Under the pieces are notes generated by a model that worked only from the letters and a program-made list of their open reading frames with translations, ran no database searches and was not told the DNA's origin. Below, in pieces: positions 12,126 through 24,787 of a stretch of 64,000 nt of DNA (position 1 is the first letter of the stretch; the number at the start of each line of letters is the position of its first letter). A program made the position numbers and the translations under genes. Origin of the DNA: Octopus sinensis (Eukaryota); NCBI RefSeq assembly GCF_006345805.1, contig NC_043006.1:75516001-75580000 (forward strand), in the 5' to 3' direction.

Positions 12126-13119
12126 GAATATACGATGGGACGAGAGCTGACTGAGTTTCGGTGTTCCTCTTACCTTATTACGTTCTGATGTGGATCAGAT
12201 TTTCTTCATCCTTCAATGGTTAGTAAAAAGAGAATAATAGACATACAATGGTTGATTCAATAAGGTGACAAATTGGTCGAATCTTTAGAGTGGAAGACAC
12301 GTTTGTTTTGTGATATTTGTTTTGGCTTTCTGTGTTCTGAGTCAAATCTGGCCGAGGTCAACTTTACCTTTCTTCTCTCCGTGGTCGATAAAATATATCA
12401 ATTAAGAGCAACGAACTGCAAAAAATGTTATACATCGGATGAGATGCATTGTCGGGCTTATTCTGTTCTTTGCGCTTTTAGTTCTTGGGAGGTAAACGTA
12501 ACACCTGTTCATTGAGTGATTTTGGCAGCACTGAGCTGTGGAAAGTATTCAGCTCAGATCTCTGATATTTTGGTTGAATTCCTTCCTATAGTCCATCAGT
12601 TTTGGAGGCTTTGTAAAAGAAAAAATAAAACTCGTAGCTGCTGTCTATCCAACTCTTTGACTACTTGGTAAAATAACGACTGTACACTTCAGACTTCTTG
12701 CAATGTAAGAAATATATTTTATGATGAATTGTGTTGGCAGTTTGATACTTAATGACTAGTTATAGTTTGTTAATATTAATATCTTTATTAACAAATCAGT
12801 CAATAGTTCATTAGAATTTTTTTCACAAATATGTGATAGTATCCACATCACATATTTTGCTTTATTTCTCTCTAAGAAACAACGAAGACCGTCTCAGGTT
12901 CTGCCCCAACAATTAATTTTCGATTTTCTCCCGCTTCACGAAAGTAAATATTTCCCATTTTATTTTCACTAACTTTGTAACAGGTATTATTTCAGAAAAA
13001 TAACTTTCGAATTTTAACTTTGAGAAATAGAAAAATACACGAATTTCTAGAACAAGGCTATTTTCAAATGAAACAATTCCATTTATTAGTTATATGTATT
13101 TATTTTTTTCTACTGTAGA

Positions 13120-13420
13120 CAGAAGACCCGAAAGTTTTGGGGAGGGGGCCAGTCGATTTGATCGCCCCTAGTACGCAACTGGTCCTTAATTTATCGACCC
13201 CGTTAGGATGAAGAGCAAAGTCGACCTCGGCGGAATTTGAACTCAGAACGTAACGACAGACGAAATACCGCTAAAAATTTCGTCCGGCGTGCAAACGTTT
13301 CTTATTTCTTTACTGCCCACAAGGGACTACACACAGAGGGGACAAACAAGGACAGACAAACGGATTAAGTCGATAATAGCGACCCCAGTGCGTAACTGTT
13401 ACTTATTTAATCGACCCCTA
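13120..13420 (-). mobile_element. Two SINE family C fragments
   Basis: ttaatttatcgacccc and ggcggaatttgaactcagaacg; the second has the gacaaacaaggacagac variant tail seen at 42.3 kb. Confidence 0.75.
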
Positions 13421-13529
13421 TCGTAAACAAATCAATACCGATTTTCACCTACCTACCTACCTACCTACCTACCTACCTGTCTGTCACTCTGCCTATCTAT
13501 CTATCTATCTATCCATACATACATACATA

Positions 13530-13680
13530 CGGCGGGTTTCCATACAGTTTCCGTCTACCAAATTTTCTCGCAAGGCGTCGTTCCAGGGATACAGTAGAAG
13601 AGACTCGCCCAAGGTGCTGCGCAGTGAGACTGAACCCGAAATCACGTAGTCACAAAGCGAGCTTCTTAAAAACTACACTG
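13530..13680 (-). mobile_element. SINE family A-like 5' half
   Basis: cagtttccgtctacc...gactcgcccaaggtg. Confidence 0.65.
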
Positions 13681-14548
13681 CCTTTGCAGTGAGGTGCTTA
13701 TCCATCGAATGCGTACAGGAAGACAGATTAACCTATCATTGACTGAAAAGAATACTGGGCCTACATTAGTTACCAAACCCTTTTAAAGCGTTGCTCCAGC
13801 AAGGTTACAGTCCAATGACTAAAACTAGTTGAAGAAGGAAAATGACTCTGCGATGTTTTCTCCATCACTTCGACATTTCCGCCCCATTCTACTGTGCAGT
13901 GATTGAAAAGAGAAGGAAGGAAGATAGAGCATTCTAAACTATAGAATTCAAAGGAAAAACTGAGAAAAATAAAGGGAGAAATTTTACAGCCATAAAGATA
14001 ATTCATCTGAAAAATCTGATTAAAATAACCACAAGGTTTTCATGTTGACGTTACAAGAACGCTAGCTGAAGTATCGTAATGTTTTGTTATTTTTTCACTA
14101 AGATTCCATTGCTTTCGAACAACCTCATAAGATTGTTGTATTGTTGTATTGAAAACACGAAACAATTAAAATGATGTAATATCACGAGAACAGCACAGAA
14201 TACAAAGGAAAGACAAAACAAACACCACCAAAAGAAAGAAGGAAACGAAAAAGAAAGAGGAAGAGAAAGATTGAATATTTTATTCCAAGAGTTTGTTTTA
14301 TGTTAAAAAAAAAAAAGAAATTAAAAAGGCGTTACTCTGTTATTTTTAGTTTTAGTAGTGAAGTAGCTGTTATTCACGAGATATCATTTGTTTGATTTCG
14401 TCTTTATTGAGTGTTTATTCCAGTTTTCGCGCTGTTTAGCAGTTAAAAAAATCATCTTTCATACTCTGTATTATATCAATTTTAACATAAATTTTATTGA
14501 TCCCTTGCAAAAGACAACATCCCGGCGAACCAGTTTCAATTGCCAGTG

Positions 14549-15851
14549 TTAGTTGTCTTATAGTACTATCTTATAGTACTATGCTTCTTCCCTAGAGAAA
14601 TGCAAGTATATCTCAAATAACCATTTTCGAAAATGCCGTTTAGTTGTCTTATAGTACTATAAGATAGTACTATGCCTTTAGTTGTCTTATAGTACTATCT
14701 TATTGCTTCCTATTCTAATTTTGAGTCAGCATTATGGACCTGCGTTCGCCTATTAGTTTCACCTAGTTATATACATTGATATATTGTGGAAGGTAAAAAT
14801 CAAAGAAACCGTAACACTGCATTATAATTTCATTAGATTGAGCTCTTGGTTCAATATATATAAAGGAGATGCGGTTATTTGTTCTAAATATCTGCGTTCA
14901 AGTAGCGCCTAAGTTAAATTGTGCTTCTTCCCTAGAGAAATGCAAGTATATCTCAAATAACCATTTTTGAAAATGCCTTTTTAGTTAGGAGGGAGAAGGC
15001 AAAGCGCATGACCCACTATAAGGCCTCCAACACTAGTTGGAAGGCGGGAGAAAGATATCCTCAAACCGGAATGCTTGTAACAGAAAAGGCTTTGCTAAAA
15101 ACAACCAAAGTTGGTGGAGATGTTAAAGCATGTGACAGATACCACCCCAGGTAGACCATGCGTTTAAGATATTGCACTCAAGAATCGCAAGATCGTGGTT
15201 TCACCATACCGATGGTACGTTGTCATCTTGAGCAGAACACTTCGTTTTACGTTGCACCTCTCCGCTCAGCTGTAAATGAGTAAGCCTACGATAGACTAGC
15301 GTTCCGTTCAGGGACAAAGTTCACCTGTCCACCTTACCAGCAGGGTGGCACCATTCGAAAGCTAAAACAATGCAAGGAAGCGCATTGTGACCAGCAGTGT
15401 ATAACAACATCCGATAGTCTGGTCGATCCTGTGATATTCACATATACATATTATATACATACTTACGTATATGTATATATTTACACACACACACACAAGA
15501 ACTCAGAATGCAAGCAGCTGGAGAGTTAACGCAAAACCACATAACCTCCGGCCCGTCGTTCTTACAGCTCTGTCGATCCACTGCTGTGGAATTGGTGCTT
15601 TTTTTAATCATCCATGAAAAGACGAGAGGCAAATTTAACTTAGGCGCTACTTGAATGCAGAGATTTAGAACAAATAACCGCATCTCCTTTATAAATACAG
15701 GACCAAGAGCTCAATCTCATGAAATTATGATGCAGTGTTACAGCTGCTTTGATTTTTACCTTCTACAATATTTCAACGTATATAACTAGGTGAAACTAAT
15801 AAGCGAACGTAGGTCCATAATGCTGACTCAAAATTAGAATAAAAAGCAATA
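14549..15851. repeat. Complex local rearrangement: 220-bp inverted duplication, 56-bp direct repeat and short palindromic filler
   Basis: 14701-14920 is the reverse complement of 15632-15851. 14582-14637 equals 14922-14977 with 1 mismatch. An 18-bp perfect palindrome lies at 14647-14664. Confidence 0.85.
15165..15435 (+). mobile_element. Diverged B-related SINE
   Basis: cttgagcagaacac body and aagcgcattgtgaccagc tail as in family B. Confidence 0.55.
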
Positions 15852-16363
15852 CAATTGACACAGCTACCATTATATTTTTTCAGCAAACCACTAAGAAGGA
15901 GAAAAAAGAAAAAGTAACGAAAAGCTGGAAACTTATTGATCACTGTTCACAAGTTAAATAAGAAACTACCATTTCATATAAAAATCGGCAGATGCAACAA
16001 GAAACTTTAAAACTTTTCACTTAATAGTAATGGAATGGTGTTTATATGTAAAGATAAAGGATAAAGGAAAGTAGCTGAAGTTGAACTTAGTTCAGCTGTT
16101 GTATCAAAATTGAAGACAGTTAAGCAGCAAGATAATATTTCTCAAGAATCACAGCAGTGTTAACAACTTGCAGGCGCTGTAAATGTATCTTATCTGAACT
16201 GACTTAGTGAAGAACCTAACCGAAATAGCTGTTAATCATGTATTAGACAGTTTTTGTTCTCGGCAAGCATTAAATATGCATGTAAGTATAGAAAGCTATC
16301 TCCTCTTTATTTGTCTCTGTCTCTCTGATTGTAAGTATGTATGTGTGTATGTATATATATGTG

Positions 16364-16402
<39 letters not shown>

Positions 16403-16539
16403 AATAGAAAGTATGGTATAGGCAGTAGAAAACCGAGTGATTTACTATATTGTTAAGTTCAAGGGCGAACAGGCTTAAATTACTATTCTTATCACTCAGA
16501 CCCTAATGAAAACGTAGAGGCGCCTTCATAACATGCTAT

Positions 16540-17260
16540 ACATCAATAATAGTCATCAGTGATATTAATGTCCTGGATCTAGGATCACCAATGATTTTCC
16601 TGTCCATTTCTTCATGTTGTCTGTATCTTTTCTTTACCCTTCTTCTCCCTTCCCACTCCACAGCTCCTTGAAAAATGGCTTAAAGCCACTGGAGCTTGTT
16701 ACATCACCATGTCATCTCAACGTTTTGTTTTCTTCAATTACGAGAAGGTCCTCAGGGTGGCCGGCGCCACGATGGATATTTTGGCGGACATACTCGTTTA
16801 TGATGGATGTGCTCCAAACACGAGATGATTTAAGACGTTGCTTGTGCAACATCTTAATTTCCAGTACTTCTATATTTCTCTGTAATCTCTGCTCTAAGTA
16901 TCCACTTCCCATATGCGTACAGGAAATTAAAGAGTTTCACTGCATGCCAGACTCTGCGCAAGTACAGGCATGTTCTCACTGAGCATTCTATAGGAAAGTC
17001 TTCGCTACCGTGCTTTTGATCATCCTGAAGAAACCTCAGAAAGAAGGTATCTCATGTTTCCACGTGGTTTCAGGTTAGAACTATCTAAAGTCATCATGTT
17101 CTTGTCCCCCTGCAACAACTGCGAGAGATATGTCAGCAAATTACGTAACACACTGGTTTTCTATTTGGAGTTTGAAGATAGATAAGTCTGTACATGCTGC
17201 CATTTAACTGGGAAATGATATTTATATTATAGTTGAGGAAAAATTGTTAGCCGTTGTAAA
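16540..17260 (-). pseudogene. RTE-clade LINE reverse transcriptase C-terminal remnant
   Basis: Decayed translation reads ...NEYVRQNI...KTLR*HGDVT...TDNMKKWTGK, resembling the RTE pattern NEEV...LRWFGHV.R...W.DNIKEWTG; FADISL lies upstream. Confidence 0.6.
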
Positions 17261-17329
17261 ATGCCATGTTCGCTTTTCATCTCTTTAACCAGCAATAGTC
17301 ATGTTCATTATTTTATTACCTTCTTATAC

Positions 17330-17575
17330 TATACATACATACATACATACATACATACATACATACATACATACATACATACATACATACATACATACAT
17401 ACATACATACATACATACATAAATACATACATACATACATGCATACATATATACATACATAAATACATACATGCATACATACATACATACATATATACAT
17501 ACATACACACACATACATACATACATATATACATACACACACATACATACATACATACATACATACATACATACA

Positions 17576-17605
<30 letters not shown>
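17330..17605. repeat. (ATAC)n tetranucleotide tract
   Basis: Direct repeat. Confidence 0.95.
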
Positions 17606-17607
<2 letters not shown>

Positions 17608-17702
17608 CAAATCCCCTGTTGATGTTGTTGAAATTCCAATGAACGAGCCCTGAATCTAGGTTAGAAACCTATTAGCAAAAATATTGAAATAAAATTGAAT
17701 AA
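17608..17702 (+). mobile_element. ~100-bp (CATA)n-embedded short repeat
   Basis: Reverse complement of 63371-63470 (ctgttgatgtt..gaaattccaatgaa..tctaggt..agaaacc). Confidence 0.75.
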
Positions 17703-17886
17703 CATACATACATACATACATACATACAGACATACAGACATACATACATACGTATATATATATATAGGTATGAATGCACATATGTGAACTATGGCTTCAA
17801 TGAAACTTAAATACTCCGAGTAATTGACTCGTGCAGGTTCTGAACGGTTGTTCGGAATATCTTGCGTCATTCTTCATGTAAAACAC

Positions 17887-18329
17887 GAAAATCTCTGTTC
17901 GAGATCAAAGCAGTATAGGAACCAAAATGTATTGTTCAGGCCAGTTTAATGTAACTGTCCTCTAAGAGACGACGATCCATTTTCTAACTAGTTTCCTAGT
18001 TACAAAATCAGTGACTGTATGACACTGCATTTTCTATATATTGCAAGCGAAGTAAGCTGCTGCATGCCTGGCGAACAAGTACCCGTCACCGAGAAGATCC
18101 AACGCAGATTGAAATGACGTGATGTGGTGGTATCGAAGCTAGGGTGGCAGGAGTTATTTCCGCTTGCAATAAATATCGAGTGCGAGAAGTGCCGTGAATA
18201 AACCGGTTGAAGATGTCTTCCTAGGGTTAAATAGCAGTATCGTCGTCTCTTAGAGGACAACCACATTAAAGTGGCCATAAACAATAGTTTTTGGTATGTA
18301 TACTGATTCTATCACGAATTGAAATTTTC
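17887..18329. mobile_element. MITE/foldback-like element with ~90-bp imperfect terminal inverted repeats
   Basis: 17887-17976 versus 18239-18329; the inner 20 bp gtcctctaagagacgacgat are perfectly inverted. Confidence 0.65.
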
Positions 18330-18377
18330 TAAATGTCTTACATATATATATATAGAAATATATATGTATATATATAT

Positions 18378-18435
<58 letters not shown>

Positions 18436-18446
18436 ACACAGTATAT

Positions 18447-18487
<41 letters not shown>

Positions 18488-19740
18488 CGAGGGGCGTTCA
18501 ATAAGTAATGCCCCTGACCCACTTCTCATAGCAGTAGAGCAACGAAACTTGGAACAGCTATTAGTCTTTTTCTACATAGGAACCACCCAGAGTTACGCAT
18601 TTCTACCATCGTTTGATGCAGCTATGGAGACCGTTTTTGTAGAAGACCCCAGCTTGGTCCTCCAACCACGACGTGACTTCAGAAATCAAGGCTGCATCAT
18701 CTGGGAAACGCTTTCCTTTCAAAAACAACTTCATGGTTGGGAAGAGGTGAAAATCAGAGTGTGCAAGGTCAGGAGGGTAGGGGGATGGGGGATGAGTTCA
18801 TAGCCGCACGCCTGTGCTTCTGATCTGGCGACACGCGAGTTGTGGATCGGAGCGTTGTCCTGCAGGAGGAGGATGCCTTTGCTGATCTTGCCCCGCCTCT
18901 TGATTTTGATAGCTTCTCTTAATTTCCTCAAAAGTGAAGCATAATAGACTCCTGTAATTGTGGCACCCTTTGTCAGGAAATCTGTCTTCACTACTCCGTC
19001 CTGGTCCCAGAAGACTGTAAGCATGACCTTGCCAGCGGAGGGCTGCACCCTTGCCTTCTTTGGAGGAGGTGAGTCACGGTGCTTCCACTGCATTGACTGG
19101 GCTTTGGTCTTTGAATCATAGTGATGGACCCAGGTTTTATCCTATGCAATCAGTCTTTTGAAAAGTTTTGACTCATCTTCTTGGCACATCTCCAAATTCA
19201 TCTTCGAGTAATCGACGCGTTCTTGCTTCTGGAAAGGTGTGAGCAACCTGGGAATCCATCTGGCAGACACCTTTTGCATATGCAAATGGTCATGAATGAT
19301 AGTTTCTACAGACCCGGTACTAATCTTGACCTCATGGGCTATTTGGCGAATAGATATGCGTCGATCTTCCAAAATGGCAGCCTCAACTTGACAGACAGAT
19401 GCCTCATCAATGGCAGAAGGGGGCGACCAGATCTGGGAGCTGTTTCCACAGAGTTCCGACCATGTTTGAATTCACGATGCCAGCATTTTACAAGGTCATA
19501 TGATGGGGCATCATCACCATAAGTTACTTTCATTTCATCAAAAGTCTCCCGTGGTGTGCGTCCTTTCAAATGCAAAAACCGGATCACTGCTCGACACTCA
19601 ACATGCTCCATTTCACACTTGATTCAGTTCAAACACCTGTAAATCGGAAACCACAATTAGTTCAGAGCTGTAATTTGCCACTTAATCTATAGAGATATCA
19701 ATAATTGCACATGCAAAATTTCAGCTAGATCAAAAAACGT
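18488..19740 (-). mobile_element. Mariner (Tc1/mariner, DD34D) element, one TIR missing
   Basis: TA|cgaggggcgttcaataagtaatg TIR at 18488; transposase remnant inside; no matching TIR near 19.75 kb. Confidence 0.9.
18561..19611 (-). pseudogene. Mariner transposase pseudogene
   Basis: HTH (RAVIRFL..GRTPRE..PRSGRP), RWIPRLL, *DKTWVHHY, LQDNAPIH, PYPPDLAHSDFHLF; frameshifts and stops present. Confidence 0.93.
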
Positions 19741-19825
19741 TTTATTTACAATCTTATAATGATATAAGATAATATAATATAATAAAATAAAATAAAATAA
19801 TAGAATGTTAAATGTTCATTCTGAT

Positions 19826-19870
19826 TGAACTAGTACTTTCATGCATTAAATTCTGCAATCTTCAGGTTCA
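19826..19870 (-). ncRNA. Minimal type I hammerhead motif (PLE-type)
   Basis: tgaac CTGAAGA t tgca gaatttaa tgca t GAAA gtac TA gttca: intact core, 5-bp stem I, palindromic AGTACT stem III. Confidence 0.65.
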
Positions 19871-19920
19871 TGTAGTAGTAGTGACAGTCATGCTTCACAA
19901 CAGTATATATATACATATAT

Positions 19921-19958
<38 letters not shown>

Positions 19959-19959
<1 letters not shown>

Positions 19960-20247
19960 ACTAAAAATAAGGGTGTCTGAGAGACACCACCATGCCGAAA
20001 TAGCAGTCAAAACCCTGACTTTAAAAACCACGTTAAATGTTCATATCGTATCATGAGATAAGACAGAGGGACAAAATAGACTAGCAAAAATATTATTGAA
20101 TACATTCAGTAATATTTTTTGCTAGTCTATTTTGTCCCTCTGTCTTATCTCATGATACGATATGAACATTTAACATGGTTTTTAAAGTCAGGGTTTTGAC
20201 TGCTATTTCGGCATGGTGGTGTCTCTCAGACGCCCTTATTTTTAGTT
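19959..20247. repeat. Near-perfect 289-bp palindrome
   Basis: ~143-bp arms, 2-nt spacer, 3 mismatches and 1 indel; HHR-like remnant ctgaga..gccGAAAtagcagTC in both arms. Confidence 0.95.
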
Positions 20248-20338
20248 GTAAAAAATTATCACCTTTGTACGGTATTTTTTCCCATGCTGGCCACTTGATA
20301 ATATCGATATTATCCTTATTTATAAATTTATATAAATA

Positions 20339-20729
20339 CTAGCAGTATCGCCCGGCGTTGCTCGGGTTTGTAAGGGAAATAACTATATAAGCATTTTTAG
20401 AGATGTAAAGTATAATAGCCATCTCAATATTGCTAACCACAAAGGGGGGTGTTACTGTAGCTTTTTACGTTCTGAGATTTAATAATAAATTTTTAGAGAG
20501 TTACTTCCCTTATATATGCCAAAAATGCATTAAAAAGGGAAAAATTGATGGTAATTTTCTTTTAAATCGTATACTCATCGTAGATGCACGCTAATACCCA
20601 GAAGGGCTCGATATGAATCATGACTATAAGATACCCGGTTTTGGTTAAACTGCACCGCAAAATCTGGGAGTCGTTTGGAATCTAAATCGTAGGAGACAGA
20701 CAGCCACACCTCACTTTTATATATAAAGA
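20339..20729 (-). mobile_element. Non-autonomous Helitron (391 bp)
   Basis: A|TC...CTAG|T with no TSD; 3' hairpin acccgagcaacgccgggc; 5' TCTTTATATATAAAAG. Confidence 0.9.
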
Positions 20730-20734
20730 TATCT

Positions 20735-20813
20735 ATACACAATATATATAGATGCATATAAATGTCACATATAAATGTACCACACACACAACACACACAC
20801 CACACACACACAC

Positions 20814-20866
<53 letters not shown>

Positions 20867-21045
20867 GTATATATATATTATATATATTATGGATATAGAT
20901 ATATATAGTATTTCGGGTTAGTATAGATATAGGGATTGCATGTATATATTATATATTAGTATATATATATATATTTATATATGATATAGTTATGTATATA
21001 TATATATTTATATATTCTATATGTATATATATATATATATATGTC

Positions 21046-21077
<32 letters not shown>

Positions 21078-21108
21078 ATATATATTGTATATTATATATA
21101 TATATTGT

Positions 21109-21140
<32 letters not shown>

Positions 21141-21180
21141 GTGTGTGTGTGTGTGTGGTGTGTGTATGTAATGTATATAT
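20735..21180. repeat. (AT)n/(CA)n compound microsatellite
   Basis: Direct repeats. Confidence 0.9.
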
Positions 21181-21220
21181 ATGGTCGCGTCTTGTCCTTA
21201 CCTTCGAAAATATATACATA

Positions 21221-21623
21221 TTGGGTTGCCAAGAGGATAATTTCTGTTCTTTAGTGTGAAATAAATGGTATTTGTTTTAATACAAAGAATGTACGGAATT
21301 TTTAAAACCATTTCTGACATGTGCGTTCTGTTAAATAGCCAACACCATAACCTTCACTTATCTCTTTGTGAGCCTCAGCAGATTTCTTATCTTTACGGGA
21401 AAAAAAAATGGCAAAATTGTTCATTTTTGCACTCCATGTTAAAATTGACAATCAACTAACAACAGTAAACAAAATTACGCGTAATTTGCTTCTAAAGTAA
21501 ATTAAAAGTAACGGTTATCAAACGTCAAAACGAAAAAATCATTACATTGACAGACGTCATTCAAAAATAGCGTAACTCTATTTGTGAAAAACGAAATTAC
21601 TTTCTGCTTTCTGGCCAACCCAA
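21221..21623. mobile_element. Mariner-type MITE
   Basis: TA|ttgggttgcca ... tggccaacccaa|TA. Confidence 0.75.
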
Positions 21624-21632
21624 TATATATAT

Positions 21633-21741
<109 letters not shown>

Positions 21742-21942
21742 AAATGATGTGTTATAATACTATTCCACGCATACAAAAACAGCTATAACAACCAAACATA
21801 ATTTCATCATCAGCTTCCCCACGGATATCATAATGGTTTCTACACCTGGGCAGTACCATTCAATCCGGTGGTGTCAACAGCACTAAAATAAGTGTTGTTT
21901 AGGAACAAACAACCCAAAGAAACCACAACTTTCAAGCACATA

Positions 21943-22262
21943 TACAAGAGTTACCGAATGGAGTAGATAAAATCCGGGCTACATATGTTTCATAACGAGT
22001 GGAACTTCAGAAGTGGTAAATATCCAGGCGAGGTGTATACCGCAAGATTCTCTTCAGACCAAGGATACCTTGATTGAGTTTTCTATGCATTAATATGTAC
22101 CTTTTTTGAAGCAATGTAAACTTTCATTTAATCAAGATATCCTTGGCCTGATGAGTAGCCTGCGAAATACACCTCGTCTGGATATTTGCCACTTCTGAGG
22201 TTCCGCTCGCTCTGAAACATATATAGCCCAGATCTTATCTATTCCATTCCGTTACTCTTGTA
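21943..22262. repeat. Imperfect inverted repeat with HHR motif in each arm (PLE-derived)
   Basis: Arms ~21943-22075 and ~22130-22262. Confidence 0.85.
22144..22191 (+). ncRNA. Hammerhead-like motif
   Basis: tggc CTGATGA gta gcc tgc GAAA ... tattt gcca: core boxes intact; stem III and the cleavage-site register are non-canonical. Confidence 0.45.
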
Positions 22263-22483
22263 TTCTTATTCGCACACCCGGCAACCCTGGTCACCTACCG
22301 TAAAATATTAAAATAACTTTTTTCAGTGTACCGTACTTCGATACGGAAAAATCCACAACCTTCCGTTTCAATAAACGACTATTGTCCCTGAAAGATGTTT
22401 TTTTAAAAATATTTACTACGGATTGCTTGAAACTGACTTTCTTCCTACGCCTCATTCCCTGGATCTTACATTATATACATACA

Positions 22484-22563
<80 letters not shown>

Positions 22564-22886
22564 AATATACATACATATACGTGCATACACACACACACAC
22601 ATAATTAACTGTTCTGTGATAGAAATTCAGCAAAAAAATGTATTTCAGTTGGTGAGAGATAAATGTTATTCATTTAAAGGACACAATACATGTCTTTAAG
22701 TGCTACTGATAGTTTCAAATGTTGAGAAATATCTCAAACATATTCTTCGGGAATACGTGTCACCATTGGTGGTGGCTATGTAAAGGACAAATAATTATGC
22801 CACGTTTTGTTTATCCCAGTCCTCGGGAAGTGGGTCAGGGCAAATCTTTAATGAACGCCCTAACACACACACACACGCACACACAC

Positions 22887-22956
<70 letters not shown>

Positions 22957-22977
22957 GCACATACATGCATATATTAC

Positions 22978-23204
22978 TATATTTTGGGAGAGCCAAGCCG
23001 GCTATGAAACCTAAAAATACACTTACTGGCTGCAGTTCGCTTCAGTTTTGGTCTTATTCCCAGGAAAAGTTTCTTTCAGTTTATAAAGATCACCGAAAAG
23101 TGTGAAGGAATATAACTCTGGGAATCTGACCAAAAAGTGATCTGAACCGGAACCAGTGAGTGTGTTTATAAACTTTATAGTCAATATGTCTATCCCAAAA
23201 TATA
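22978..23204. repeat. Old degenerate inverted repeat
   Basis: 22978-23064 versus 23116-23204, roughly 70% complementary by eye. Confidence 0.6.
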
Positions 23205-23268
23205 TTACAGTATCGGTTTCAAGACATGGTTCCAGATTAAAATTCTTGCCAAGCAAATTCAAAAAACG

Positions 23269-23309
<41 letters not shown>

Positions 23310-23313
<4 letters not shown>

Positions 23314-23590
23314 GCATACTTATACACACATACATATACGCACGAATACTTATAAACACACATATATATATATGTACGCATACTTATACACACATATATA
23401 TATATGCACGCATACTTATACACACATACATATACGCACGAATACTTGTAAATACATACATATATGCACGCATACTAATACACACATACATATACGCACG
23501 CACACTTATACACACATACATATACGCACGCACACTTATACACACATACATATACACACGCACACTTATACACACATACATATACGCATG
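23310..23590. repeat. 30-bp minisatellite (atatacgcacgcacacttatacacacatac), ~9 units
   Basis: Direct tandem repeat. Confidence 0.9.
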
Positions 23591-23686
23591 CATAATTATA
23601 ATTATCAAAAATGTGAGTGAGTGTATGAGTGTCTGTATACGTGTATGTGAGTTTCTGTGTACGTATTTGTGTGTGTGTGCACGCGC

Positions 23687-23721
<35 letters not shown>

Positions 23722-24364
23722 CATCCATATGCGTGTTTTGTTTCTATGCGTATGTCTATATATGTATGTGTGTGCGTCTGTGTGTACGCGTGCGTCTCTG
23801 TAAGTGCGTAGCTTAATATAGTTCTTGGCTTGTTTCAGATTAAACAATAAGTTACGTTAGCCAATAGACTTCTTTGGATACGTTTAGTCCAACCTACTTC
23901 GTCTTAAATTTTTCCCCTTGGTAACTGACCTTATGTCCATTTGTAAGATATATAGTAAAACATTTCAACTCTAGCCACCCTTCTGTGCCAACATCGTATC
24001 TGGTTCACTGCCATGTGTCTCCGTGTTGAGTACTTGCCACTGCCGCCTCCGACGATCTCACCCTCATTCTCCTCATCAAGTATACAGAACGGATTTAATT
24101 TCTTCCTTGGCTTGAGTTTTTATGTAATATAGGCGTGATGTAATTTAAACCCATTTGTCTCTCGCTGTTTTTGATTTTGCTTTGGGGAAAGAAACCTCGT
24201 TGGAAAGTTCGTTTTACTTCCTATATTTTTTTCGTTTTGTGCTGGATTACAAAAATGTAGTTCCTTTTCTTTATCTATTTCTCTTAATTTAATTTCACCA
24301 TTCGCTTCCACTGTACCTACCGACCACACCTTCGGTTATCTTGTTCGCTCATTCATGGAAAGTG

Positions 24365-24532
24365 TGAGGTATGAGTGTGTGGTTAGGGAAATAGTCTTGC
24401 AGCCAACATAGCTTCGGTTTCAGTCTTATTGCACGTCATCTTGGACAAGAGTCGTCTGCAATTGCTCCAAACCAACCAATGCTTTGCAAATGAATTTGAC
24501 ACACAGAAACTGTTGGAATCCCGTCGTATACA

Positions 24533-24563
<31 letters not shown>

Positions 24564-24787
24564 GAATGTGTGTGTGTGTAAGTGTATATGTATGTATACG
24601 TGGATATGTGTTCGTGTTTGTTATTGCCTGCTGCTTGACAACCAGTACTGGTTTGTTTACTTCCCGTGTCACAGCAGTTCGCCAAAGGAAACCGATGGAA
24701 CAAGTAGCAAGCTTAAGAAAACAAAACTCGTTTTGTTTGACGATGCTCCAGCATGGCCGCAGTCCAATGAGTGAAACAAGTAAAAGA
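24365..24787 (+). mobile_element. SINE family A-like (diverged)
   Basis: Head gtgtggttagg, internal microsatellite, tail gcatggccgcagtccaatgagtgaaacaagtaaaaga. Confidence 0.7.

Noticed and set aside
12592-12704. Apparent ag...gtaag-bounded exon (+)
   Set aside because: Stops occur in all three frames.
23900-24330. Open stretches on the minus strand (KLKPRKKLNPFCILDEENEG...)
   Set aside because: No splice signals or recognisable motifs.
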